Shown here: positions 1-9,175 of the stretch, in pieces
How the letters are laid out: the number at the start of each line of letters is the position of its first letter
Position numbering within the stretch: the stretch's first letter is position 1
NCBI GenBank assembly: GCA_963664395.2
Contig: OY761159.2
Span: 4,608,001-4,672,000, forward strand
Source: Candidatus Binatia bacterium
GTDB lineage: Bacteria; Desulfobacterota; Binatia; Bin18
Direction of reading: 5' to 3'
Length of the DNA stretch: 64,000 nucleotides
Position numbers and translations under genes: made by a program
Notes under the pieces: generated by a model
Databases searched by the model: none
What the model was told of the DNA's origin: nothing
What the model saw: the letters and a program-made list of their open reading frames with translations, nothing else

Positions 1-1
1 C

Positions 2-1027
2 GTGGGCACGGTGTGGCAAGCCGGGGCAGAGTTAGCCACCGCCGACAGTGGCGGGACCGGGCAGAACTTCCGGCTCAGTGTGCGGGTTGCCCCTGGGTCA
101 GTCGTGATAGCCGTGGCGGGCAACGGACAGCAGACCGGGGCGTACACCCTGCAAGTGACCTTCCTGCCGGGGTATCTGGAGAATCCGGGAGCGGCATCCT
201 TCCAGAGTGGGATTGGCGTCATCTCGGGCTGGACCTGTGACGCCGACGAAGTAGAGATTGTGTTGAACGGGGAGCCGCAGGAGGCGGCGTATGGCACGGC
301 TCGGCTCGATACGGAGGCGGTGTGTGGCGACAGTGACAACGGCTTTGGGCTGTTGTTCAACTGGAACCTGCTGGGGGACGGCGAGCACGAGGTGGTGGCC
401 CTGGTCGATGGGGTCGAACTCGACCGGGCGACGGTGACGGTGACGACGCTGGGGACGGAGTTTCTGCGCGACGTGACGGGGACGTGTACCGCCGCCGATT
501 TCCCGACCGGGGACGAGACGGTCACCCTGGCGTGGCAACAGACACAGCAGAACTTCGTGCTTGTGGATGGTCCGGCTCCTGCCGGCACCACCAACCGGAT
601 GGGCACCCCCGGCGTGGGGTATCTGGAGAATCCGGGACCCAACTCCTTTCAGAGCGGCATCGGGGTGCTGTCGGGCTGGGCGTGTGAAGGGACCGAGGTT
701 GTCATCGAGCTGAACGGCCAGCCCCAGCCGGCGGCGTATGGCACCGAGCGATTGGACACGCTGAGCGAAGCGTGTGGGGACACGGCCAACGGCTTTGGCC
801 TCTTGTTCAACTGGAACCTGTTGGGCGAGGGCGCGCATGAGGTGGTGGCGTTCGTCGATGGCGAAGAGTTAGGCCGGGCCACGGTGCGGGTGACGACGCT
901 GGGCGCGGAGTTTGTGCGGGATGTTGAGGGAGAATGTACAGTCGAGGACTTCCCCATGCCGGGCGAGACGGTCACGCTGGAATGGCAACAGAACAGTCAG
1001 AATTTTGTCATTACGGACGTGGAGTGA
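2..1027 (+). CDS. C-terminal part (5'-truncated by window edge) of a large surface protein: PPC-like domain plus two copies of an Ig-like YLENPG..FQSGIGV.SGW.C module
   Basis: 341-aa open frame from the window start. Internal duplication (YLENPGAASFQSGIGVISGW / YLENPGPNSFQSGIGVLSGW; GFGLLFNWNLLG twice). Near-identical to 3521-4545. Confidence 0.8.
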   Translation: MGTVWQAGAELATADSGGTGQNFRLSVRVAPGSVVIAVAGNGQQTGAYTLQVTFLPGYLENPGAASFQSGIGVISGWTCDADEVEIVLNGEPQEAAYGTARLDTEAVCGDSDNGFGLLFNWNLLGDGEHEVVALVDGVELDRATVTVTTLGTEFLRDVTGTCTAADFPTGDETVTLAWQQTQQNFVLVDGPAPAGTTNRMGTPGVGYLENPGPNSFQSGIGVLSGWACEGTEVVIELNGQPQPAAYGTERLDTLSEACGDTANGFGLLFNWNLLGEGAHEVVAFVDGEELGRATVRVTTLGAEFVRDVEGECTVEDFPMPGETVTLEWQQNSQNFVITDVE

Positions 1028-1037
1028 GGCCGAGCCT

Positions 1038-4000
1038 ATGAGATCAGCCCCTTTTCGCCCCTTGGTCCCTGGCCTTTGGGCCGGCGTCTGGAGTCGTGAC
1101 CGGAGCTGCGCGGTCGTGCTGTTGATGCTGCTGGCCGTCCGGGGGCTGTGCCCGGCGGCCGGGCTGGCTGCTGAGCGCAGCCCGGAGCCCCAAGCTGCGG
1201 TCACGAATCTCTCTCCACCGTCGCAGTACGACACGGACGGCGACGGGCTGATTGAAATTTCGACCCTGAAGCAGCTCGATGCCATGCGGCATGACCTGGA
1301 CGGCGACGGGCGCCCGACGACCGCCGGGGAGGCAGCGTATCGCCTGGCGTTTACCGCCTTGCCGGCGGACATGCAATTGCATTGCGACGGCGGGTGCAAG
1401 GGATATGAACTGCTGGAGGACTTTGATTTCGACACCGATGACAGTGGCGCGCCCAATGCGGACGACGCCTACTGGGCCGACGGGGCCGGCTGGCAGCCCA
1501 TCGGGGGGAACAGCAACGAATTCCGTACGATCTTCGAGGGCAACGGCCACACGATCCGGAATCTGTTCATCAATCGGCCTGCGAAGGATCGGGTCGGCTT
1601 GTTCGGCCAGATCACCGGCACGTCGACCCACATCCGCCGTGTCGGCCTGATCAATGTCGATGTGACGGGCAAGGCATATGTCGGCGGGCTGGTCGGGCGT
1701 CAAACTGACGGCCACATCACGGACTGCTATGTCACCGGACAGGTATCGGGCAAATCGGCAGTCGGCGGGCTGGTCGGGTATCTCGATAGCGAGGGTGGCA
1801 GCATCACGGCCAGCTATGCCACCGTACAGGTCCGGGTCTCGAGAGATCGTAACTACGGGGGTGGCCACGCGGGCGGGCTGGTCGGGGCGAGTCATGGCGT
1901 CATCACGGCCAGCTATGCCACCGGGCAGGTGTCGGGCTCGATCCATGTGGGCGGGCTGGCCGGAATAACTTTCAGAAAAGCGTCCGGGCGTCCCGCCAGC
2001 ATCAGGTCCGACTATGCCACGGGCCCCGTCCGGGGCGGCCTATATACCGGGGGACTGATCGGGACGGCGTCTAATTCCAGTTCCAGTGTCCGGGACAGCT
2101 ACTGGGACACGGAGACCTCGGGACGGACGAACAGCTCCCGGAACAGCTCCCGGGGCACGGGGAAGACCACCGCCGCGTTGCAGACGCCCACGGGCTCCCA
2201 GGGCATTTATGCGAACTGGTCCAGACCCTGGTCCGGCAGCGCCGGCTGGCTCAGCGAGCCGCCGTGGGACTTCGGCACAAGCGCCCAGTATCCGGCGCTG
2301 AAGGCGGACCTGAATGGGGACGGCACGAAGACCTGGCAGGAGTTCGGCCATCAACTCCGGGAACGCCCTACCCTGACGGCCACCGTGACCGACGCCGGGG
2401 TGGTGTTGCGCTGGGAGGGCGTAGTGACGACCCATTGGACGCCGGCGCCGGTCGTGACCTACACGGTCTATCGCGAACGCGGTTCGAGCGTGGAGACGAT
2501 TGCTACGGGTCTGAGCGCGGCGACCGTCACCGACACCGAGGTGCGGGCCGGGACGACCTACGCCTATCAGGTCGCCGCGGTAGTGGACGGGGGCGAGGCG
2601 GTTCGGAGCGCCCGGCGGACGGTCACCATTCCGCAGAAGGGGGTGCGGCTGAGCACGACCGGCCCGCTGGAGACCACTGAGGCAGGCACGACCGCGCGCT
2701 TTACGGTGGTGCTGACCGCCCCGCCCACGGCGGACGTCACCGTGGCGATAGAGAGTAGCGATCCCAGCGAAGGCCGGGTGACCCCGGCGGAGTTGTCGTT
2801 CACCCCGGCCACTTGGGAGACGGCGCAAGCGGTGACGGTGACGGGGGAGGACGACACCGGGGTGGACGGGGAGCAGGTCTACACCGTCACGTTCACGCTG
2901 ACGAGCGCGGATACGGACTATGCCGGGCTGGCGGTCCCGCCCGTTCAGGTCCGCAACCGGGATAACGATCTCCCGCAGAACAGTCCGGCGACCGGCGCGC
3001 CGACGGTCTCCGGGCCGGCGACGGCGGGGCAGACGCTGAGCGCGTCAACGAGTGCCCTCGCCGACCCCAACGGGCTGACGCAGAGCGTGTTCACCTATCA
3101 GTGGATTGGTGTGGACGGGGGCATGGAGCAGCCCATTCTGAGGGCGACCGGCAGCACGTACACGCTGGGGGCGGCTGATGTGGGCCGGCAGCTCAAGGTG
3201 CGGGTGCGCTTCACCGATGATGAGGGCTTCTCGGAGGAGCGGACGAGTGCCGCCTATCCGCCGGATGGGACGGTGCAGGTGCAGGCGGCCGTTGTTCCTG
3301 ACCCCGGCACCACGGGCGGGCGGGCGGGCGGCGGCGGCGGCGGTTCCAGCCAGGACGAGCACGGCAACACCCCGGCCCAGGCAACCCTCGTCACCCTGGA
3401 CCGCACCCGGACCGCATCCGTGCCGGGGCGGCTCAACACGGCCGCCGACGTGGATTACTTCAGCGCAGACGTGCCCCACGCCGGGGTGTTGGTCGTCGAG
3501 ACGAGTGGGCCGACCGCCACCATGGGCACGGTGTGGCAAGCCGGAGAGGAGTTAGCCACCGCCGACAGTGGCGGGGTCGGGCAGAACTTCCGGCTCAGTG
3601 TGCGGGTCGCCCCGGGGTCGGTCGTGATAGCCGTGGCGGGCAACGGGCAGCAGACCGGGGCGTACACCCTGCAAGTGACCTTCCTGCCGGGGTATCTGGA
3701 GAATCCGGGAGCGGCGTCCTTCCAGAGTGGGATTGGCGTCATCTCGGGCTGGGTGTGTGACGCCGACGAAGTAGAGATTGTGTTGAACGGGGAGCCGCAG
3801 GAGGCGGCGTATGGCACGGCACGGCTCGATACGGAGGCGGTGTGCGGCGACAGCCGACAACGGCTTTGGCCTGTTGTTCAACTGGAACCTGCTGGGCGAC
3901 GGGGAACATGAGGTGGTGGCCCTGGTCGATGGGGTCGAACTCGACCGGGCGACCGTGACGGTCACGACGCTGGGCGCCGAGTTTCTGCGAGACGTGACGG

Positions 4001-4545
4001 GGACGTGTACCGCCGCAGATTTCCCGACCATGGACGAGACGGTCACCCTGGCGTGGCAACAGACACAACAGAACTTTGTGATTGTGGACGGTCCGGCTTC
4101 TGCCGGCATCACCAACCGGACAGGGAGAGCCGAGGTGGGCTATCTGGAGAATCCAGGACCCAACTCCTATCAGAGTGGGATTGGGGTGCTGTCGGGCTGG
4201 GCGTGTGAAGGGACCGAGGTTGTCATCGAGCTGAACGGCGAGCCCCAGCCGGCGGCGTATGGCACCGAGCGGTTGGACACGCTGGAGATGTGTGGGGACA
4301 CGGCCAACGGCTTTGGCCTCTTGTTCAACTGGAATCTGTTGGGCGAGGGCGCGCATGAGGTGGTGGCGTTCGTCGATGGCGAAGAGTTAGGCCGGGCCAC
4401 GGTGCGGGTGACGACGCTGGGCGCAGAGTTTGTGCGGGATGTTGAGGGAGAATGTACAGTCGAGGACTTCCCCATGCCGGGCGAGACGGTGACCTTGGAG
4501 TGGCAACAGAACAGTCAGAACTTTGTCATTACGGCGGTGGAGTAA
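1038..4545 (+). CDS. Large secreted multidomain surface protein (DxDGDG motif, GLUG-like repeats, FN3, Calx-beta/Ig-like, PPC-like, twin C-terminal module), split by a +1 frameshift near 3854
   Basis: ATG at 1038, hydrophobic signal-like segment (VVLLMLLAVRGLCPAAGLAA), YDTDGDGLIEI, repeated VGGLVG, FN3-like YTVYR..YAYQV, TFTPATWETAQAVTV. Reading continues in the 3811..4545 frame after an extra base (gacagccgacaac vs gacagtgacaac in copy 1). Confidence 0.75.
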
Positions 4546-4597
4546 AGGGGTTGTACCGTGGGATCGTGCAGCCCTCAGGGCATACGATTGGGAGACC

Positions 4598-5929
4598 TTA
4601 GGTGCCGTCAAAGACTAAACGCCCGGCGGCGTTCTGAGCCTCAATCCGGGCCGCCATGTCGGGCGGCAGATTGATCGGCCGCTCGTTGGGGAATTTATCG
4701 GCCTCAACCGCCGGACGCATGAAGTACTCGTCCGGATGAGAAACGGCCGCCTGGGTCTTGATAGAGGTATCGAGATACCACTGGCGGCGCATGAAGTCCG
4801 GGCTGAAAAATACCGTTGCTTCTTCCGGTTTCCAATCCATGATCTTGTGGCTGTCATTGACCAGATAGGACATAATGTCGGTCCGCAGGTCCCAGTGGGA
4901 AATAAGCAGTGTGCCATAGCCCAGTTCTTTGCGTCCGGGATTGAAAAACTCAGCCAGCCTGACCTCAACATGGTCAAGCTCCCCGTCCTGTCCGTATTGC
5001 TCGCCGCGTAGCGGAAAGAATGAGGATTTCTCCAGCCAATACAGAAGACGGGGCGTATAATAGTCGGGCAACCACTCTGGGCGCGCCACCGCCTCAACCA
5101 CATAGCATTCAACCCCGCCGTCCAGCGTATAGTGCGGAAATCCCTCACCCATGAGCTTAATGCTCGCAGTCTGGACGGGCCGGGACTGTCCGGTTTCGCC
5201 GTTGCGCAGGATCAGGGTCGGCCGCGTGTTCGGAAAACGGACCGTCTGGTACAGTACGTCGGTGCCGATCAGCCGCCACGAAAACTCCCAGGCGGCCCGT
5301 CCCCAGGCATCGTCCGGGGTAAGGGCCATGTTGGGGAAATTGCTCTGACGACGAGGCGTGGCCTGGTGGCGCACCCGTCGAATGGAAGACGAGTAGGCGA
5401 AGCGCTCCTCCTTGGTGATCTCTTCTTTGTCCGTCCGATACCGGATCGCCAGCCACTGACCGCCTTCGGCCGCCGGCGGAGCAATCGCCTGACTCAGCGA
5501 GCGATAGATCTCTTCACCCGGTGCGGCAGACAAGACTTTGCCCACCCCGCTTGTTTCGGAATCGTAGTTGACAAAGGTGATGGAGGTGCCGGGGTTGAGG
5601 AGCACCCCTTGCGGCGCAATAGACGCCCAGGAGTTGGCCACGACAGATGACCAGCGCGTACGCGGCGTGAATTCCATGGCCCGGTAGCCCATTTCCTCAG
5701 CCGTATACGGAGGGACGAACGGATAGGCTTCGGCCGGAAGATACGGGACCTGGGCATGGCGTGGCGTATCGCCCTCAAGCTGGACCTGGGCCAGATCTTC
5801 TGCCGACATCTCTTCGACTGTTTTCCAGGTTCGAGATGTTTGCTGTGTTTGTTCGGCACCCAGGACAAAACAGGGGAAGGCCAGGACGCACAGGAGCACA
5901 ACACAACACACTATACAGCTACGGGACAT
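4598..5929 (-). CDS. Secreted protein, probably DUF1329/outer-membrane lipoprotein-sorting-like family
   Basis: 443-aa ORF with an N-terminal signal peptide. Segments YSSSIRRVR, TPDDAWG..WEFSWRLIG and ECYVVEA resemble DUF1329 proteins. Confidence 0.55.
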   Translation of the reverse strand: MSRSCIVCCVVLLCVLAFPCFVLGAEQTQQTSRTWKTVEEMSAEDLAQVQLEGDTPRHAQVPYLPAEAYPFVPPYTAEEMGYRAMEFTPRTRWSSVVANSWASIAPQGVLLNPGTSITFVNYDSETSGVGKVLSAAPGEEIYRSLSQAIAPPAAEGGQWLAIRYRTDKEEITKEERFAYSSSIRRVRHQATPRRQSNFPNMALTPDDAWGRAAWEFSWRLIGTDVLYQTVRFPNTRPTLILRNGETGQSRPVQTASIKLMGEGFPHYTLDGGVECYVVEAVARPEWLPDYYTPRLLYWLEKSSFFPLRGEQYGQDGELDHVEVRLAEFFNPGRKELGYGTLLISHWDLRTDIMSYLVNDSHKIMDWKPEEATVFFSPDFMRRQWYLDTSIKTQAAVSHPDEYFMRPAVEADKFPNERPINLPPDMAARIEAQNAAGRLVFDGT

Positions 5930-5985
5930 CGATATTATCCTACTCTAACACTAGTGTTACAGAACCTTTTTGACTCGGACGGCCT

Positions 5986-6948
5986 TTACTCTGGCGCAAG
6001 GAGGTCGAGCGCTTTCCGGGTTGCGACCAAGCGGTCTTCGTTCACCGGACTGACTGCCAGGACCGGCATCGCCGCCCCAGCTTCGTGGAATGCTGCAAGC
6101 TGCTCTTTACACTGGCTGGGAGGACCAAACACGCAGACCTGCTCCACCATTTGCTCTGACACACAGGCTGCCGCCGCTCGGCGGTTGCCACTTGTCCAGG
6201 CTTCCTGCATGGCATTGACTTCATCCACAAAGCCACAGCGTCGCCATTGTTTGCGATAGAAAGGCAGATTCCCGAAAAACGCGAGATTATAGCGGGCCGC
6301 AGAGCAGGCCTGTTCAATGTCGTCTGACATGAACGTCGGGATACTCACAATGCAATCCACTTGGTCCGGGTCTCGTCCCGCGCGCCGGGCCGCAGTTTTC
6401 GCGGCATCAAGGAGCTGCGTCAAATAGGGCAACGCAGGCAGAAAGGGCATAATCCCGTCAGCCAACTCACCGCCGATTTCAGCGCTTTCAACCGTCACCG
6501 CACCCACATAGACCGGCACCTTATAGCTGCTCTGCTGCGGACGATGAAAGGAACTCAGGGATTCACCCCGAAACAAGGTATTCAGCGCAGTCACATACGA
6601 ACGCATATACTGCCGTGGCTGATCCATGGAGATGCCAAGAGATTCGAGCAGGGGGCGATGACTCATTCCCAGTCCGAGGATCAGCCGGCCATTCGAGAGC
6701 TCTGAAATAGTAGTGGCGGTCATGCCGGCCAAAAACGGATGGCGGAAATAGATATTTGCGATATTCGTTCCAACCTTGATCCGGGACGTCCCCAACGCAA
6801 TCGCCTCTGCACAAGCCAGGGCATCTCCCCTGCCCTCGTTGACTAAGACGGAGGCAAAGCCCTTGTCTTCAGCAATCCGGCCGAGTTCAACAAACTCCTT
6901 TGGCGGTGCCGCAGTTGCCGTCGAGAGGACAATACCTAATGGATACAT
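5986..6948 (-). CDS. LLM class flavin-dependent oxidoreductase
   Basis: AEDKGFASV, TSRIKVGTNIANIYFRHP, LSNGRLILGLG motifs. ATG at 6948 preceded by AAGGAAAAG. Confidence 0.9.
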   Translation of the reverse strand: MYPLGIVLSTATAAPPKEFVELGRIAEDKGFASVLVNEGRGDALACAEAIALGTSRIKVGTNIANIYFRHPFLAGMTATTISELSNGRLILGLGMSHRPLLESLGISMDQPRQYMRSYVTALNTLFRGESLSSFHRPQQSSYKVPVYVGAVTVESAEIGGELADGIMPFLPALPYLTQLLDAAKTAARRAGRDPDQVDCIVSIPTFMSDDIEQACSAARYNLAFFGNLPFYRKQWRRCGFVDEVNAMQEAWTSGNRRAAAACVSEQMVEQVCVFGPPSQCKEQLAAFHEAGAAMPVLAVSPVNEDRLVATRKALDLLAPE

Positions 6949-6999
6949 ACGCTTTTCCTTTGCGTCTTTGTGCTCTTGGCACTGTTGTGACACCTGTTT

Positions 7000-7281
7000 C
7001 TACGGGATGGATAGCGGTGCGTCATCCCGCTCACGAACTTCAACCGACGTTCCGCCGGCTTTCCCAAGGACGGTATCAAAAATAATAATGGTGCCCTCCA
7101 TGACTGATTGCGGAGGGATGATCTGATACCGTCCTGCCTGGGGGCGGTAGGCCAGATAGGCTAAGAGGGCAATGATGAAAAACAGTTGGAACGTTAAGAG
7201 ACGAATAAATTTATCAACGCGTTTCATGACGACCGCTGTCTCATGTGTAGAACCAGTATCCCGAGAATCTTTAGGCGACAT
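7000..7281 (-). CDS. Small hypothetical single-pass membrane protein
   Basis: 93-aa ORF with a GAAGGAGAG RBS and one hydrophobic segment (LLTFQLFFIIALLAYLAY), co-oriented with neighbours. Confidence 0.55.
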   Translation of the reverse strand: MSPKDSRDTGSTHETAVVMKRVDKFIRLLTFQLFFIIALLAYLAYRPQAGRYQIIPPQSVMEGTIIIFDTVLGKAGGTSVEVRERDDAPLSIP

Positions 7282-7335
7282 GCGCTCTCCTTCCTCTGTA
7301 TTTGTTCTGGGTAGCCCTTTTGCAGGGTCTGTTTC

Positions 7336-7812
7336 TTACTTTTCAACAATTGATTCTTGGGCAGCGCGTAGCGCCTGTTGAACCGCCTCTTGAGGCGTCT
7401 GCACTACCGAAACTCCTTGAATGTGAGACCACGCCTGTATAGCGGTCACTCTTTTTCTCAGAGTCAGTGCCAGTGCGACCTCGGACAGCGTTCCAGTCGC
7501 GCCAGGCAGGGCAATCACCGCATCTCCCGATGCTACCACGAGCATATTGCGGGCATGCCCGAGCCCGCTGGGGATGGCAATCGAAATGCCGGGCGCGGCT
7601 GTTGCCGCCTCATAGGTTGGGAGAATGCCGACACTGGTCCCGTTGTTTTGCGCCGCACCCCGCGCTGCCGCGGCCATAACACCGCCGAGACCGCCGCACA
7701 CGACGACGGCCTCGTGCCGGGCAATCAGACGGCCAACCTCCTCTGCCCAGCCTTCTACTTCTGCCGAGGGCTGACTGTCACCAATAACGGCGATTTGGAT
7801 CTTACGTGGCAT
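7336..7812 (-). CDS. TIGR00725 family (LOG/Rossmann-fold) protein
   Basis: IAVIG, CGGLGGVMAAAARGA, GLGHARN, GATGTLSEVALA motifs. Confidence 0.85.
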   Translation of the reverse strand: MPRKIQIAVIGDSQPSAEVEGWAEEVGRLIARHEAVVVCGGLGGVMAAAARGAAQNNGTSVGILPTYEAATAAPGISIAIPSGLGHARNMLVVASGDAVIALPGATGTLSEVALALTLRKRVTAIQAWSHIQGVSVVQTPQEAVQQALRAAQESIVEK

Positions 7813-7846
7813 AGCGGTCGCTCAGATGTTCGTGCGCGCACCCTTC

Positions 7847-8596
7847 CTATGGGAACAGCAGCGACGCCAACTCCGGAATAGCCTGAATAGTATATTGGGG
7901 ACGTGGGCAGCCACCGGGAAGTTCGGCACCGGCGGCATTGACCCAGGCGATATCCATCCCCACTTGTTGAGCGCCCGTAATATCGTCATGGGGAGAGTCA
8001 CCAACAAAGAGGGCAGACTGGGGCGAGACATTCAGTTGTGCCAGCGTGTCACAAAATATCTTTTGGTGGGGCTTGCGCCAGCCATGTTCAGCAGAAATGA
8101 CCGTATAGGCAAAGTAGCCGGCGACCCGACCTTCCTGAATCACCCTTCTCGCGGTTGGCGCATGATCGAAATTTGAGACCAGCGCGATCGGGTAGCGTTC
8201 GCTCGCTCGGGCTACGAACTGCGTATGCGTGGGAGGAACTTCGGTCGCGTACGCGAGCAGGTCCATATGGGCCAAAGACAAAGATTCACCTAAGCGAGCG
8301 GTTTCAGGGGTGTCGTCCAGGCCGGCGTGTACTAAGGTTCGGCGAAATCGCTCCGCGGATACAATCTCGCGCATTTGTGTAGAACGGATTGCGCCGAGTT
8401 CCTGATTCACTTGGCTCAAAGCCTGATAAAATCGTTCAAAAGGCAATGCCGGAACCATTTCCGCCACAACGTCGCGCAACCGACCCATGGTGGAGCGTGT
8501 CGTCCGTCCATTCCACTCAAAAACCGGCAATTTTTCCGGATTAAACAGCGCAATGGTCCCAAATAGATCAAACAGCACAGCCTCGTAATGTTTCAC
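7847..8596 (-). CDS. HAD family hydrolase
   Basis: FDLFGT motif I, VSN motif II, RKP and VGDSPHDD motifs III/IV. Confidence 0.9.
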   Translation of the reverse strand: MKHYEAVLFDLFGTIALFNPEKLPVFEWNGRTTRSTMGRLRDVVAEMVPALPFERFYQALSQVNQELGAIRSTQMREIVSAERFRRTLVHAGLDDTPETARLGESLSLAHMDLLAYATEVPPTHTQFVARASERYPIALVSNFDHAPTARRVIQEGRVAGYFAYTVISAEHGWRKPHQKIFCDTLAQLNVSPQSALFVGDSPHDDITGAQQVGMDIAWVNAAGAELPGGCPRPQYTIQAIPELASLLFP

Positions 8597-8613
8597 GACA
8601 GTCCTTTACGGAT

Positions 8614-9030
8614 TTACTGATAGTATTGCAGCTTCCGGGGCTGGACCTCAAGCGGCTGACGTCCACTGAATCCTTCAGTTCGTTTGTGATAATAGGCAAT
8701 CTCTTTTTCGCCATACTGCCAACACAGAGAGACCTCTTCTCCGTTCAACACGGCGGGAAAGTCGACAAGACCAAGGGCTAATCCTTTGAACACGCCGCCA
8801 TGTTTTTCAATAGACTGAACGGCTTGGGCCATCTCTTCGAATAATGGACGAAGCCCAGGACGGAACTGCAAGGGATGGCGCTGAGCGCCCGCAGCGTGAT
8901 CCTCTTGGGAAAGTGCCTGGACCTTCTCCCGCACATGGATACAGAGGCGCTGCATCTTCTCCACAGCCATTTCCATGTGTGGGATCATTGCATTTGCTTC
9001 TTCAAGATTAAAATGTTTTTGCTCAGCCAT
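8614..9030 (-). CDS. DUF2203 domain protein
   Basis: FNLEEAN..P, GLVDFP, LCWQYGE..I.YYH..EGFSGRQPL signature. Confidence 0.85.
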   Translation of the reverse strand: MAEQKHFNLEEANAMIPHMEMAVEKMQRLCIHVREKVQALSQEDHAAGAQRHPLQFRPGLRPLFEEMAQAVQSIEKHGGVFKGLALGLVDFPAVLNGEEVSLCWQYGEKEIAYYHKRTEGFSGRQPLEVQPRKLQYYQ

Positions 9031-9175
9031 TATTTCAGCTATTTCATTTATTTCAGCTTGGCCCTCGGAGTGCCGAAGTTTGTAACGAGAGTTTCCTACT
9101 TGTGCAAGCAGAGACCATGTATTATGGTTTTGAACAGAAAACAGGGTACTGGGAATACTACCGGAGGAGGCCTAT

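Larger units (their letters stand above)
1..4545 (+). repeat. Direct repeat of about 1.03 kb: copy 1 at 1-1027, copy 2 at 3521-4545 (shared 3' module of two adjacent genes)
   Basis: cgtgggcacggtgtggcaagcc (1) vs catgggcacggtgtggcaagcc (3521). Colinear high identity continues to ...gtcattacggacgtggagtga (1027) vs ...gtcattacggcggtggagtaa (4545). Confidence 0.95.

Noticed and set aside
912-1037. Upstream extension of the 999-aa ORF
   Set aside because: It overlaps the previous gene in another frame; the ATG at 1038 with a following signal-like segment is the more plausible start.
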